This document shows, piece by piece, positions 35,207 through 47,521 of a stretch of DNA of 64,000 bases. The stretch covers positions 310,001 through 374,000 of the forward strand of contig JAPETS010000021.1 in the NCBI GenBank assembly GCA_026023565.1, given 5' to 3'. How positions within the stretch are numbered: the first letter of the stretch is position 1; every line of letters begins with the position of its first letter. Below the pieces are notes generated by a model. The model worked only from the letters and a program-made list of their open reading frames with translations. It did not search any database and was not told the DNA's origin. Source of the DNA: Cirrosporium novae-zelandiae (taxonomy: Eukaryota). Made by a program: the position numbers and the translations under genes.

Positions 35207-36907
35207 CTATATCCAATTAGATAAGGATACCGCAGAATAGGTGTAGCTATCAAGCAAATCACGCTTAGTGCTGCTGTTGCTACTATTAGATGAAAATGAT
35301 AGATTTCCGACGTCGCACCAGTTCTTAACAGGCTGTATGAAGTTAGTTCTAATATACTATAAATATTCCAAATTGTTATCGTAGGTAGGATTGAAACATA
35401 CCAAACAACTCAGATACTTGCACCAAGAACACTTTGTTCGATATTTGTAAAAGTTATTCAACAGTACAATGAAGGCAACAAACACAGTAACTAATGCAGC
35501 CACTCTCACGAGCCACCAAGCCCACCAGAGAGGTTTACGACCCTTGAAAAAACCCACTGGACGTTTTATGAAGGCCTTAATATCAGTCACACCTTGGGTT
35601 GCCCTGCCAGCAGGCATAGGGGCATATGGAGGATCATCAATTCCTGTTCTCTGTCTAAGCTTGTTAGGTGACCGTAAGATACAGACACCCAGCACAAGGC
35701 CCATTAGGAATCCGCCAATATGGGAATAGTTGTCTAGCCCTGGTAAAAGTCCGAGGACGAACGAGATGATAACATCGATGAGAATGAAAAGCAACTCTTT
35801 ACCCGGCTGCGCACGTTCATTCCAATGATAAAGCAGATCCAGAAGTGTGAGTGCAAGTATGCCGAATAATGATCCAGAGCAGCCTGTAGAGGCAATGCCA
35901 GTGGCAGCATAGTTACCTCCGAGGACAAATCCAAATATGCCGCTGCTGAAGTAGACGAGAAAAAAGCGAATTGAACCGATTATTTGTTCCATTTCACGTC
36001 CCATCATAAACTGAAGGAGCAGGTTAAAGGCAATATGAAGGACTCCGGCGTGCAAAAAAATTGGTACAATAAAACGATACCACTGATTAGGAGAAGTGGA
36101 ATCGAAATAGGAGAACCCGCATAGCTCTTGAATACTACACTGGTTCGACGAATCACTACTATCCGAGCTAGTAGTGTTCGGACAGGGCCATTGATAGGAA
36201 CCTAGATCTCCATATTGTGGTAACGTTCGCATGCACGGAACAAATCGAGCACCCATATTGATGAGGAGATAGCTAGAAGGGCCAAGAAGATAATTAAATT
36301 GTGGATGGATCTCGATCGGCGATTTCGTATATATAGCTATATAATTTAATCAGTAGGCACCTCATAGATAATCTTGTCATGGTAACCAACCATATTTCAC
36401 AATCTCTACGATGAACACGATCAGCTGGATCAATGACAGAGTATACACAACCCATGGTATCCTTCCACTAAAGAGCCCATTTCTCCTCCTTCTTCCCGTT
36501 GCTAGTCCCATTTTGGGGTCCTGCAGTTGGCTTTCCGGGCTGGGTGGGTATTGGGTTCTCCGATCGGGCCATTGTTCATGGAGACCATTTTGGGGAGGGT
36601 TGACACGCAGTGGAATGTCATCTGCATAGGATGGTGAGTCATGAAGTCGCCCTCCTCCGCCAGCACCGTAGTATGTCGGATTTGTATCGGAAACATCGCC
36701 GGTATTTTGGGCTGGAAAGGCGTCGGGATGGTGAGTAGATATAGCTCCGGACATAGTAGACGCAGGGTCTGGCGGCGGGTAGGAAGGCAGTTGTGATTGT
36801 GGAGAAATTGTTACATCTGGCGAGTGGGATGAAGAATGTTGAGGTGGGGGGGGTAACGGTGCGTCGTAACGGTCTGGATGGGCCTGATAATATTCGTTGG
36901 CCGCCAT
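35207..36907 (-). CDS. Rhomboid-family intramembrane serine protease, 3 exons
   Basis: QWYRFIVPIFLHAGVLHIAFNL, catalytic GCSGS and NYSHIGGF, multiple TM helices, Pro-rich N-terminus. Confidence 0.92.
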
Positions 36908-38724
36908 GAGTATGAAATAATTTTCAGTTCTTAACAAGCTCGAAGGGTATTGAAGCCTGGTCCCAAATTATAAGGATCGAGTGTTATAATGAATACTTTG
37001 CGAAGGATGTTTAGAAAGGAAGGAACTAAGGTTGATTATGGTACTGTGTAGGTCGTTCACATCAGATATCTTGTACACTTGATGTGGCTTGTGGGTCAAA
37101 CCAAACGCGTACATAAGATTTAGTTTCAGGTTCCGCAAGTGGGAGTACCATGTAGTCAATGTTGTTCGTGTAGGACGTTATTCGACTATTCTCCTCGTGG
37201 TAGTCATCATGCGTAGGATATGTGAGGCTGGTTGGAGAAAGAGGGGTTTTACTTTATTTTAATTATTTAATTAGACGCAGAGGAGATGAGGCAATGTTCA
37301 TAGACTTCTGTGAACTGGGAAGATTGAGGTGGGCAAGGTACCCGCTGTGCCGCTAGCTATAGAAGAGCGCTGCGGCTGAGGGGTCTAGTACAAAAATCTA
37401 GAGTAAATTACCAATGATCATCAAATGCCTCTCATTAATAACGATAATTACCTAGGTAGTTGTTCAACAAAGAGTGAGTAGCTACTACGCAGTACGTGGT
37501 CAAGATGATAATCTAAAAATATCTATGGCGCAGTGTCTCTTGGTGCCCATGGCGGTGCCATGTCCTTGGTGCTTGGTGCCACCCCCGTGGGTAAATTAGT
37601 ATGCATACGAAGTGTACATCTTACACACAATCACTAGCGAGTAATTACTCGAGTACTAGTTACCTAGGTACATATCAATCAGCCTTGTAGTCTATTGAAT
37701 TTGGAGGAGATAACTACATGCGATGTACAGTACTGTGTAGCTAAATAGCAACAGTCACTCTCCCATTAACAGATTTAAATATTTTGTTCATCTCATCGTA
37801 TCAATCTAACACTTGGTATCTTTCACTGGTAGAGTATTGATTGCTTGGCCACATTCCTTTTCTAGCATCTCCAATTGATATTAGAAAGAAATTTCTCATC
37901 TGCAGAACCAAGCATCAAATAACAATATTTGCTTAGAGCGGTTGATTGAATGTGAGAAAACCTTTTCCCACCTCGCCGTCAGAGTTGGCAGTATCAAGTC
38001 CAGTACAATACTTCAAGAGTGAATGCGACAAATTGACAAGAAGTGGTGAAAGAACACCGCCACCAAGATGATGTAGCTATTAAACATCAATTTCTTTCCA
38101 AATGCCAGGACGTACGGAGAATAGATGACCTCATATTGATAACACCTGAACGTTGTGAGTTGGAGGTTTTAGATGCGTGGGCAATCGTATAAATTGGCAT
38201 GATGGATATATCGGCTTTGAGAGTTTTGTTAAAGCCTAGAAGATCAAGGCAAGAAATGGTATGCTAACGGAAGAGTAGAGTAGCTGTTCCTTTCTTGGAT
38301 GCGATATGGCGATGTTTACGAAAGAAGCAACAAGATAAGTACAATCATCCAAAAGGTACTGGAATATTCTATAGTCTATAGATCCGAATACTGTACTGTA
38401 CATAAATAATAAAATAAATCCGGCAAAATAGATAAATTAACAATCAAAAAAATACATCAACTGTGTAAAGTAGGTATAAAAGTCTACTATATATACCTAG
38501 GTACCTAGATCATTTAACTACTAGCTATTTACAATACTTACAAGTGGTCTTCCATGCTGTAGAACACTGATGATAATATGAATACTAAACCATTTTGAAT
38601 ATAAGTTGCTAGGGTTACCTGACAAAGCAATAATTAACTAGCGCTAGCTAAGGAAGCCCCTTCGAATGCCTCAGACGTGACATATTATTCACGCTTTACC
38701 TAATTAATCAAAATAAAAATATTA

Positions 38725-38752
38725 GCGCGTCTCTTCCATAGCTCCGACGCGC
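38725..38752. promoter_or_regulatory. Possible MCB-like (ACGCG core) elements upstream of POL3
   Basis: GCGCGT at 38725-38730 and ACGCGC at 38747-38752, in opposite orientation about 120-140 bp before the POL3 ATG. MBF control of replication genes is known in fungi; function here is inferred. Confidence 0.4.
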
Positions 38753-38867
38753 CTTCTTAATGAGAATTGCCAAGGCAAATCATTTTTGACCTACACGACT
38801 TTCGCGACCTTTGATCCGCAGAGCACCTACACAAGCCTGAAGGTCCAAGAAGTTGTATTCAAAGAAC

Positions 38868-41800
38868 ATGCCCGCTGCAGTCTTAAAGCCTCAGAAGAGG
38901 GTACTCGGCAACTCAACTAAAACCCAACGAAACATTGTTGCCTCTCCACATGCTGCGAAGAAACGCAAGCTCGATTTGCCGTCTGCCTCCACCGTGAACA
39001 GATTTCCACCTTCACAGCATAATGTTAATGGAAGGCTGGGTTCAAGCCAACATAAGAGTCAATTTGAAGAAGTGCTAGAAAAATTAACGCAGGACATCCA
39101 TGGTTCTAAACAGAGCAACGCAGAACGCGACCAAAAATGGGACCGTCCAAGCCTTAATGGGTTTGACCCAGAAAAGGACAGCTTGTGCTTTCAGCAAATC
39201 GATGTGGAAGAAGGAACGCTCCATGGTGGAAGGCCCACCGTCAAGCTGTTTGGTGTCACAGAAGTGAGCCCCGAGTCTCTATAACAGAGATAGCCCATAG
39301 ACTGATACCAATCGACCTTATAGGCTGGACATTCTGTCCTTTTGCATGTTACAGATTTCCTTCACTATCTCTATGTTGCGGCTCCCCTGTCCTTTACCAA
39401 AGGGGATTGCGAGGGATACAAGGTTTATTTGGACGCCCAGCTTGGAGCGCATCAGTCAACTGTTCATTCTGTTCAGATGGTCTTGCGTGAAAATCTCTAT
39501 GGGTTTCAGGGAAATCAAAAGAGTCCGTATCTAAAGGTTATGGTTAACGATCCCAAAGATATCAACAAACTCCGAACGATGATTGAAAGTGGCGGGGCTA
39601 ATTATAAGGGTTTATGGAAGGGCATCGATGGTGGCATTTTAACATTTGACAGTATTCAGTATGTACTTCGATTCATGATAGATACTGGGGTAGGCTCTTT
39701 CCTTTCCTTTAATCGTTTGATATCTGGACTGATAATATTTAGATGTCAGGGATGTCTTGGGTCGAAGCACCAGCTTCAAAATATCACGCCATGCCTGACC
39801 GTGACCGGCAATCGAACTGTCAAATTGAAGCGTATGTCCATTACCATGATTTGATTGCTCACCACAACGACGGCGAGTGGCTTAAAATGGCCCCTCTTAG
39901 AATTCTTTCTCTTGACATTGAGTGTGCCGGTAGGAAGGGGATATTTCCAGAAGCAAATCAAGATCCAGTTATCCAGATTGCAAATGTAGTCACCAGATAT
40001 GGAGAATCAAAGCCTTTCGTTCGAAACGTCTTCTGTCTTGACACCTGCAGTCTCATTGTCAACACACAAATTTTCGAATTTGATACAGAGGAGAAGATGT
40101 TAATTGAATGGCGAGTCTTTTTAGAGAAAGTTGATCCTGATGTCATCATTGGCTACAACATCGCCAATTTTGACTTTCCTTATTTGTTGGACCGGGCGAA
40201 GCATCTAAGATTGGGACGCTTCCCATACTGGACGCGGCTTAAGAGTACCCCTTCTCGTTCTAGAGATACCAATTTGTCAAGCAAGCAAATGGGGAGCCAC
40301 AACACCAAGTTAACCAACACCAACGGAAGACTACAACTAGATCTACTACAGTTGATCCAAAGGGATCATCAGCTGCGAAGTTACACCTTGAATTCGGTTT
40401 GTGCTCATTTTTTGAATGAGCAAAAGGAAGATGTGCACCATACCATGATCACCGAACTATTTAATGGCACTCCTGACTCGCGGCGAAGACTGGCGGTCTA
40501 CTGTTTAAAGGATGCTTACTTGCCACAGCGCTTACTAGATAAGCTGATGTGTTTGGTAAATTATACCGAGATGGCTAGAGTTACTGGCGTTCCATTCAAC
40601 TACCTATTAGCCCGGGGCCAGCAGGTTAAATTCATCAGCCAACTATTCCGAAAAGCACTCGAACAGCAACTTGTCATTCCAAATCTAAGGAACGATGCGA
40701 CAGATGAACAATACGAAGGTGCAACTGTTATTGAACCTACTAGAGGATATTATGATGTTCCTATAGCCACTCTGGATTTTGCCTCCCTTTATCCAAGTAT
40801 CATCCAGGCCCATAATCTTTGTTATACTACGCTCCTTAACCAGTCTAGCATAGAAAAGCTAGACTTCAAGAAAGACGAGGACTATATTGTTACCCCCAAT
40901 GGTGACCGATTCTGCACGACTAAAATTCGGAAAGGGCTTCTTTCTCAAATTCTAGAGGAACTACTTAGTGCAAGGAAGCAAGCTAAAAGGGAATTGGCTG
41001 TGGAAAAGGATACTTTCAAGAAGGCAGTGTTGAATGGCCGACAGCTTGCACTCAAGATTAGCGCCAATAGTGTCTATGGAATCACAGGGGCCACGGTAGG
41101 TAAGCTGCCCTGTCTTGCTATTGCAAGTAGTACCACCAGCTATGGACGGCAGATGATCGAAAAGACTCGAGAAGAAGTACAAAGCAAATACTGCATTGCT
41201 AATGGCTATTCACACGATGCACAAGTCATCTATGGCGATACGGATTCTGTCATGGTCAAGTTTGGGGTAAAAGACACCCAAAGAGCAATGGAGCTTGGTC
41301 AAGAGGCTGCAGATTATGTTTCATCGAAATTCATTAAACCCATTAAATTGGAATTCGAGAAAGTCTACTTCCCATATCTACTTATCAACAAGAAAAGATA
41401 TGCTGGACTCTATTGGACCAACCCTAGGAAATACGACAAAATGGATAGCAAAGGTATTGAGACTGTTCGGAGAGACAATTGTCGATTGGTTCAGACCGTC
41501 ATCGAAACGGTATTAAGGAAGATCCTAATCGATCGTGATGTTAGTGGGGCTCAAGAGTATGCTAAAACCAACCCGCAAATACGATATAAACTAAATTATA
41601 TCTAGCTATGTCAAAGATACCATCTCGGATCTCCTACAAAACAAAGTTGACATGTCTAAACTTGTTATTACTAAGGCGCTTTCTAAAAGTGATTACACTG
41701 CTAAGCAGGCTCATGTCGAACTCGCTGAGCGTATGAAAAAGCGTGATGCAGGATCGGCACCCTCCCTGGGAGACCGTGTAGCTTACGTTATCGTCAAGGG

Positions 41801-42344
41801 GGCCGGCGGGGCTAAAAACTACGAGCGGTCAGAGGATCCCATCTATGTCCTTGAAAATAACATACCCATCGATACAAAGTACTACCTCGATAACCAGCTA
41901 GCAAAACCACTTGAACGTATCTTCGAGCCTATATTGGGTGAGTCAAAAGCTCAGTCCCTCTTGACAGGCGACCATACCCGAGCCATTACTGTTGCCGCTC
42001 CAACCCTTGGAGGGCTCATGAAGTTCGCAAAAAAAACTCAAACATGCATGGGATGTAAGAAGCCTCTTGTTTCGAAGGAAGAATCACAAGGCGCGGTTTG
42101 CGAAAATTGCCGCCCCCGTCTTGGGGAACTCTACCAGAAAACCTTACACAAGGTGTCTGACCTGGAAATCCGCTTCGGGAGACTGTGGACTCAATGTCAG
42201 AGATGTCAAGGCAGTATGCACTGTGAGGTCATCTGCAGTAGTCGAGACTGTCCTATTTTTTATATGCGGATGAAGGCGAAGAAAGATGTTGAGGACGCTG
42301 GGAAGGACCTGGATAGATTCAATTATGATGCTGCGGCTTGGTGA
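38868..42344 (+). CDS. POL3: DNA polymerase delta catalytic subunit, 4 exons
   Basis: Exonuclease motif [10 protein letters not shown]; PolB motifs [27 protein letters not shown]-terminal CysA/CysB (CMGC..CENC; CQRC..CSSRDC). Confidence 0.98.
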
Positions 42345-43821
42345 GCGACTCAAGGTGGTGCCTAAACAAAAGGATGTCCTCTGCAGCAGCAATAGGGATA
42401 TTCAAATAATCTACATAGGATCATTATCCATCAATTATGCCCACAAATTACCAACATATACATTTAATGCTAACCCTTCCCCACCCTAACCGCCACGTGG
42501 CAGGGTTGCCGATGTTCGAATTAGAAATCAGTTGAGCCTGATCCAACACTTTATGCATGCATCAAGGCTCGGCATGAGTGGGACGTCATATGTACCCAAT
42601 AACGGTTGGATTCGATCGTGCATTAATAGGGATTAGTATTAGCGAAAGGGGGTCGTATTTTTGAAGTCCGAGGTATTTGAATGATTGATAAAGTAGCAGA
42701 TAGAGAATGGCATGAGAACTTATGACTTAGTTGTTGGTGTTCCTATCCAGTGCGAGAGTAGTCTATCCATTGTGCAAATGATGTGTTCGCTAGAAGAAAG
42801 AGCAGCCAACAGTTCATTAAGTTTGCTTGCGGCGTAATTTATGTTCCTAACTTGAAACCTAACCCTAGAAACTAATAAGCCATATTCCGAAGAATTGGAA
42901 CGGAAAGTGATATGTTAGACATAATTCTCGAGTTTCCCTTTTAACAGCGTTATGATAACTTTCTCCTATAACACAGCCGGAGTCTATAAAGATACGTATC
43001 GAAGTGTAGGATTGAGTGAGGTACTCAAGATGGATGACTATGCCAAGAACTAATGTTGTTCGGTTAGAAAATGCGGAGAATAAATAATCAACAATGTCCT
43101 CAATATGCAAGAAGCCCTGAGCATTCGGCGCCAAATTACGTTCTGACTCCTTATAGCAGAAATTGCACGTATTGATAGTGCTCGGAGCTATTGTTAATTA
43201 GGTTAAAGGAACTGTGTCAGCGTAGAAGCAAAGAGCCTCCAACATCGTTTTTAGGGATGTGCACCACTTGGAGGTAAAGATGAAGGGGCATTGTGCCTCA
43301 GAATTGTTTGCAAAGGACATCAAGCTAGGTTGCTATGCAGTAGTTAAGCAACGGGGCCGACTTTGGCAGCGTATGATAAGAGTAATCGGACTAATGAACA
43401 AGTTATAAGCACTTGGCGGTTCTAAGTCATGAGGGTTTGAATGAGGAATGGTGGGAACACGTCACAGGATTGGGAATGAAGAAAGGGGGAGTTGATACTG
43501 GCATATAAAGGTGTCTAGGGAAGGGAAATCTACTGAGCAGCTCATGTGATTCGCGCCTTAAGCATGGAGCTAATTAACGAATACTTAAGTCAAAATAGGA
43601 GATCAACTCATGATATCATAAAAAATATTGAAGATTAGACGTTATCTCTTGGTGGGAAAACCCATAGATCTAACCATGTGTCAAAGATATGAGAACTCAA
43701 AAGTCATCATAGAGAACATCGTAAACGACCAACGTAACAATCAATGACTACGAAAATATATCTTAGGCTATTATTCAATTCTAAGAGAGCAGGTGATATA
43801 TGATTGTTTGTGTGGATCTCC

Positions 43822-46127
43822 TTAACTAGTGCTCCTCAGACCTAAATCAGATTTACCATTTCTATTCCAGTCGCTACACCAAATGAAGGTCCCACAACGC
43901 CATTCTGATGCTCGCTCATTATGCCCAGATGGTCCCAGCGGACGGGAACAAATCCAAAAGGATCTTCCTTGATTGATGCCACTCTTTTTTGCTTGAAGAC
44001 AGATGCATAGCTCTCCATGACTTTCACACTTTGGCGGAACCCGCCTTGAAAATATCTTTGACCAAGACTCCTTGTCTGGCACCGCACTTGTCGCCTTTAA
44101 TTTGTCTTGTGGGTTTATTAAGAATGCGTTTTGGGTGATATCTATAAAAAATATTAATATGAGTGCTATCATTAGCATTTAGATGCATTCTTACGGTTGC
44201 TGATGATTGAGAATGTGTCCTCATCGGGTTGCCCATCTTGGACCATGGGCAAGATGTGTTGACTGTGAGTAGGATCTTCATTTAAATGCGAATTCTGGCT
44301 ACCATATTCTTCAGGCATAACATTAGGCTCGTCCAAATCACTGATAGTACTGGATTTACCTAATTCTTTCCTCTTGAAAAACCCCATTAGGCTTTGCTGA
44401 CCCTTGATAGGCAGGTCTGACTTTATTGCGTTTGAATTTAGCTTTGTGCGCTTTTCTACTTGCCGGGAAGTAGTCTCACTCGACCTCTTTCCCTTGTTCC
44501 TTGTAGGATTGATCGATTGCTTCATTGCGTTAGGTGACAAACCTCGCAGGTCCGTGGCTCGAGTTTTCCTAGCATTAGGGTTATGTTGATTAAAAGTAGG
44601 CTGTTGGTTATGTGCAGAACTGTGTCTAAATACAGGTGGTGGCTTGTGTTGTGATGCTGGCGGGGAATACGTTGTTCTAAGGGGTTTATCGGATTGCATT
44701 GACGAATTTCGCTTGAACATATCGATAATATTCTGGCGTCGGTTAAATTCCGGTATGCATCTTCCAGATAGTGATAATAGGTCCTTTGATGTACGCCCAC
44801 GAAGACGTTTTCCATCTTTAAACGTACTAGGGACATTCATGGCGTCTTGGAGACACGTGTTAACGCCATCAATAGTAATGTGGTCCTTGAATACAACATA
44901 AACAGGACAGTGATCAGAACCCTAAATGAAAAAAAAAAATTGTTAGTATAAGTTATCTTGGGTTTACTGAGAAATGCAGACCATTAATCCTTCTTGAATA
45001 TTGGAATCAATAACCCAATCTCTCATGTCCTTGCTACAGAGCACATAATCAATCCTCGATCCATAGTTCCCAGGTCGGGCGTTTATTTTTTGCTCCCAAC
45101 AGGTGAACATCCCTTTCCTGAACGGATGGAACTCCCTGCAGATATCCCACATCACTGACTGACCCCTGCCTTCATCTCGGATACCATGAACACTTCCACC
45201 TACTAAAAGCTGATTTAAAAGACGTCTGGCCGGGGTAGAAATAAATTCTAGGGTGCTGAGATTGTTCTTTCGCATATATTCATCAGCATTGGCAGTATCC
45301 ATTTCGTTCCTCGAAATATTGAGATCACCAGCAACCACAACACGTTTTCCCATTGCGGTTAAATTACGGATTCGGAAGTCTAAGATGCTTAAAAAGGCCA
45401 TGCGAAACTCATCACGGCTTTGGTCTCGATGAGCTGGTGCATAAACACCTAAAAGAACAAAGGCAGGAAATTCGAGAATGACACAGCGACCTTCTGAGTC
45501 CAGTGTAGCTGGGTCTATCTTGGACACACCTAGCTGGCTTAATGTTGGGTAGCCTCCAACCCGTTGGTCGCTAGGAAGATCTATAAAGCTCGTGGTTGAA
45601 TTTGGGGAGCATAGCGCACCAGTTATCCCCTCCTCGGCTCGTACTGGCACACAGCTTGAATCGCGTGTATAAATAACAACACCTGAATAGCCTGTATATT
45701 GTAAAGTAAGTATAAGCTCTGACAAACCCAGAATCGAGTACCTTTCTTAAATTTAGGAAGGCTGAAAAAGCAGTCCCAACCAGGCACAAGAACCATATCA
45801 TCTCTGAGATCTTTACGCTGAATCTTGGTCTCTTGGAATACAACTATATCCGCTTCCATAAGATCAAACATGGCCTTGGGACTAGTAAGCACAAATAAAA
45901 GATAAATTGAAAATGGGGGCTTGCAGCAAATGTCTTCTTGTCTCTCCATGGTTGGTATCCGAACGGATTCCTTTAGTATACTGTTAGTACTGTAGAACGT
46001 AATTAAGGAGGTCTCATATTTGAGATGACAAACCGTATACCATTTACTATCAATATCCGCTTCGTGGTTAGAACTAATCAATGCAATTTGAGATGAAAAC
46101 CATACCGTTCCAAGTGATTAGACGCAT
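43822..46127 (-). CDS. APN2: AP endonuclease 2 (ExoIII family with zf-GRF), multi-exon
   Basis: MRLITWN|VNGIR|NPFGY, FQETK, GYSGV, DSEGR, GDLN, GSRIDY, SDHCPV, PIP-like QQSLMGFF, and zf-GRF CESHGE..NQGRSFWIC..CGTFIW. Confidence 0.95.
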
Positions 46128-46440
46128 CTTGTCGATCTAATGATATCAGATAGTTATTAGATGGATAACAATTGAGGGTTATCCAAGAAACAGTTCGCAA
46201 AGAGCTCGTACCTTGACCGGCTGAAGTAATGGATTAAGATCCACATCGAAAAGGGCCCGGTTGTTCAGTAAGGAGTAAATATCTAGGCACGCACGTGACA
46301 CGTATAAGTACTATATGATCAATCCTAGAATGATTGTTACTTCGCCACCCACCAGGGTCCGTGCCCTACTCCTAATTAGGCTAGATTCCGTCGCTAGCGT
46401 CTAGAATATAACTTGTATCTTCTGACCTATTCACCTTCCA

Positions 46441-46606
46441 ACTTTTATTCTACCCTCATTTCCCTCATTTCCCCCCCTCATTTCCCCCCATTACTTTCTG
46501 ATTTGTATTCTATTCTACCTCCCCCCCATTGAACCCTCATTTTCCCCTCAATATTTTCTGACTTGTATTTTATTCTACCCCTCTATTTCCCCCCCAATAC
46601 TTTCTG
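46441..46606 (+). repeat. Imperfect ~60-bp pyrimidine-rich subterminal tandem repeats inside the transposon
   Basis: TA(C/T)TTTCTGA(T/C)TTGTATT(C/T)TATTCTACC at about 46492 and 46552, plus repeated CCCTCATTTCCC. Confidence 0.7.
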
Positions 46607-47010
46607 AATGCAACCCCCTCGACCAGCCCCCATTGAACCCCCAATTGAGCCCCCCAACCAGCCCCCCAACGAGCTTCTACTACCCTCTATTGCGGTCCAA
46701 GCTGTAACTACGCAAACACCTGCAATTATTGTACAAGCTGCACCTCAATATTACTATGCTCGCCCAATAACCCCCCCTGAACAATTATGCCTCGACCGAG
46801 ATAAACGTCTTCGAGCGCAGACTTTATTCGCCCACGGGCTTTTATACGATAGAACTGCTATTGAATTATCACATCAATTGCATCGTCCAATAACCAAACG
46901 CCAAATTCAATATACCTGCACCTACCGTATAACCCCGCAACATCGTAAAGCCGGCAGATCTTCCAGTTTAACCGTCGAGAAAGTCGATAAACTGGTAGAA
47001 TATATATATT

Positions 47011-47521
47011 TGTTAAGGCATGCCAAGCATCACGTCTATGCGCTTACGAAGCGCTCGCTTGGCGCCTGAGTAATCTTATAAAGAAGAACGCTACCCCACG
47101 TATTGTAAGGGCAGCTGTGAAGGCAGCGCTTGATACAGGCAGTGTGGTAGACTAGTGAGGTAATGGAATATATAACTAATAGGTACAACGTGCTATTCGC
47201 ATGCAAGACGCAAGTAATGATGATAGCTTTCGAAGTGCTCCTTCTGTAGATACAAAAGTCGAACGCTGCCTTGATGAATCAAGCAGCGTTCTCCTACATA
47301 AGGGTTTGGCCATGCGCCAAGCCTCGCCTATGCGCCTACGAAGCGCACATGCTTGGCATGCCGTTACAGCAGCGTTCAACTTTTGCATCTACCTCAGAGG
47401 GCACTCCTAAAGCTATCATCATTCTGGCGTCTCGAATGCGAACCCTATAGTATTCCAGTTAGTTGTCCACTACTTAGATAGTTATCCTATCACACAGCCT
47501 GAATTAGGCGCTGCCCTTACA
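47011..47521. mobile_element. Nested solo-LTR-like fragments replacing the transposase centre
   Basis: TG...CA ends with terminal inverted repeats: TGTTAAGGCATGCC (47011)/GGCATGCCGTTACA (47368) and TGTAAGGGCAGC (47104)/GCTGCCCTTACA (47521); GCAGC direct repeat flanking 47116-47368. Confidence 0.6.

Noticed and set aside
37780..38340. Possible small spliced gene on the minus strand between rhomboid and POL3
   Set aside because: Splice-like signals exist, but no reading frame gave a recognisable or convincingly long product.
42345..43821. Possible telomerase RNA or hidden gene in the 1.5-kb POL3/APN2 convergent gap (CTAACCCTA at about 42859; 89-aa ORF at 42865-43134)
   Set aside because: Only a short template-like match. 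I could not recognise a pseudoknot, CR4/5 or any protein motif; a covariance-model search or RNA-seq would be needed.
47176..47410. Overlapping 69-70 aa ORFs on both strands
   Set aside because: They fall within the palindromic LTR-like nest and are best explained as repeat artefacts.
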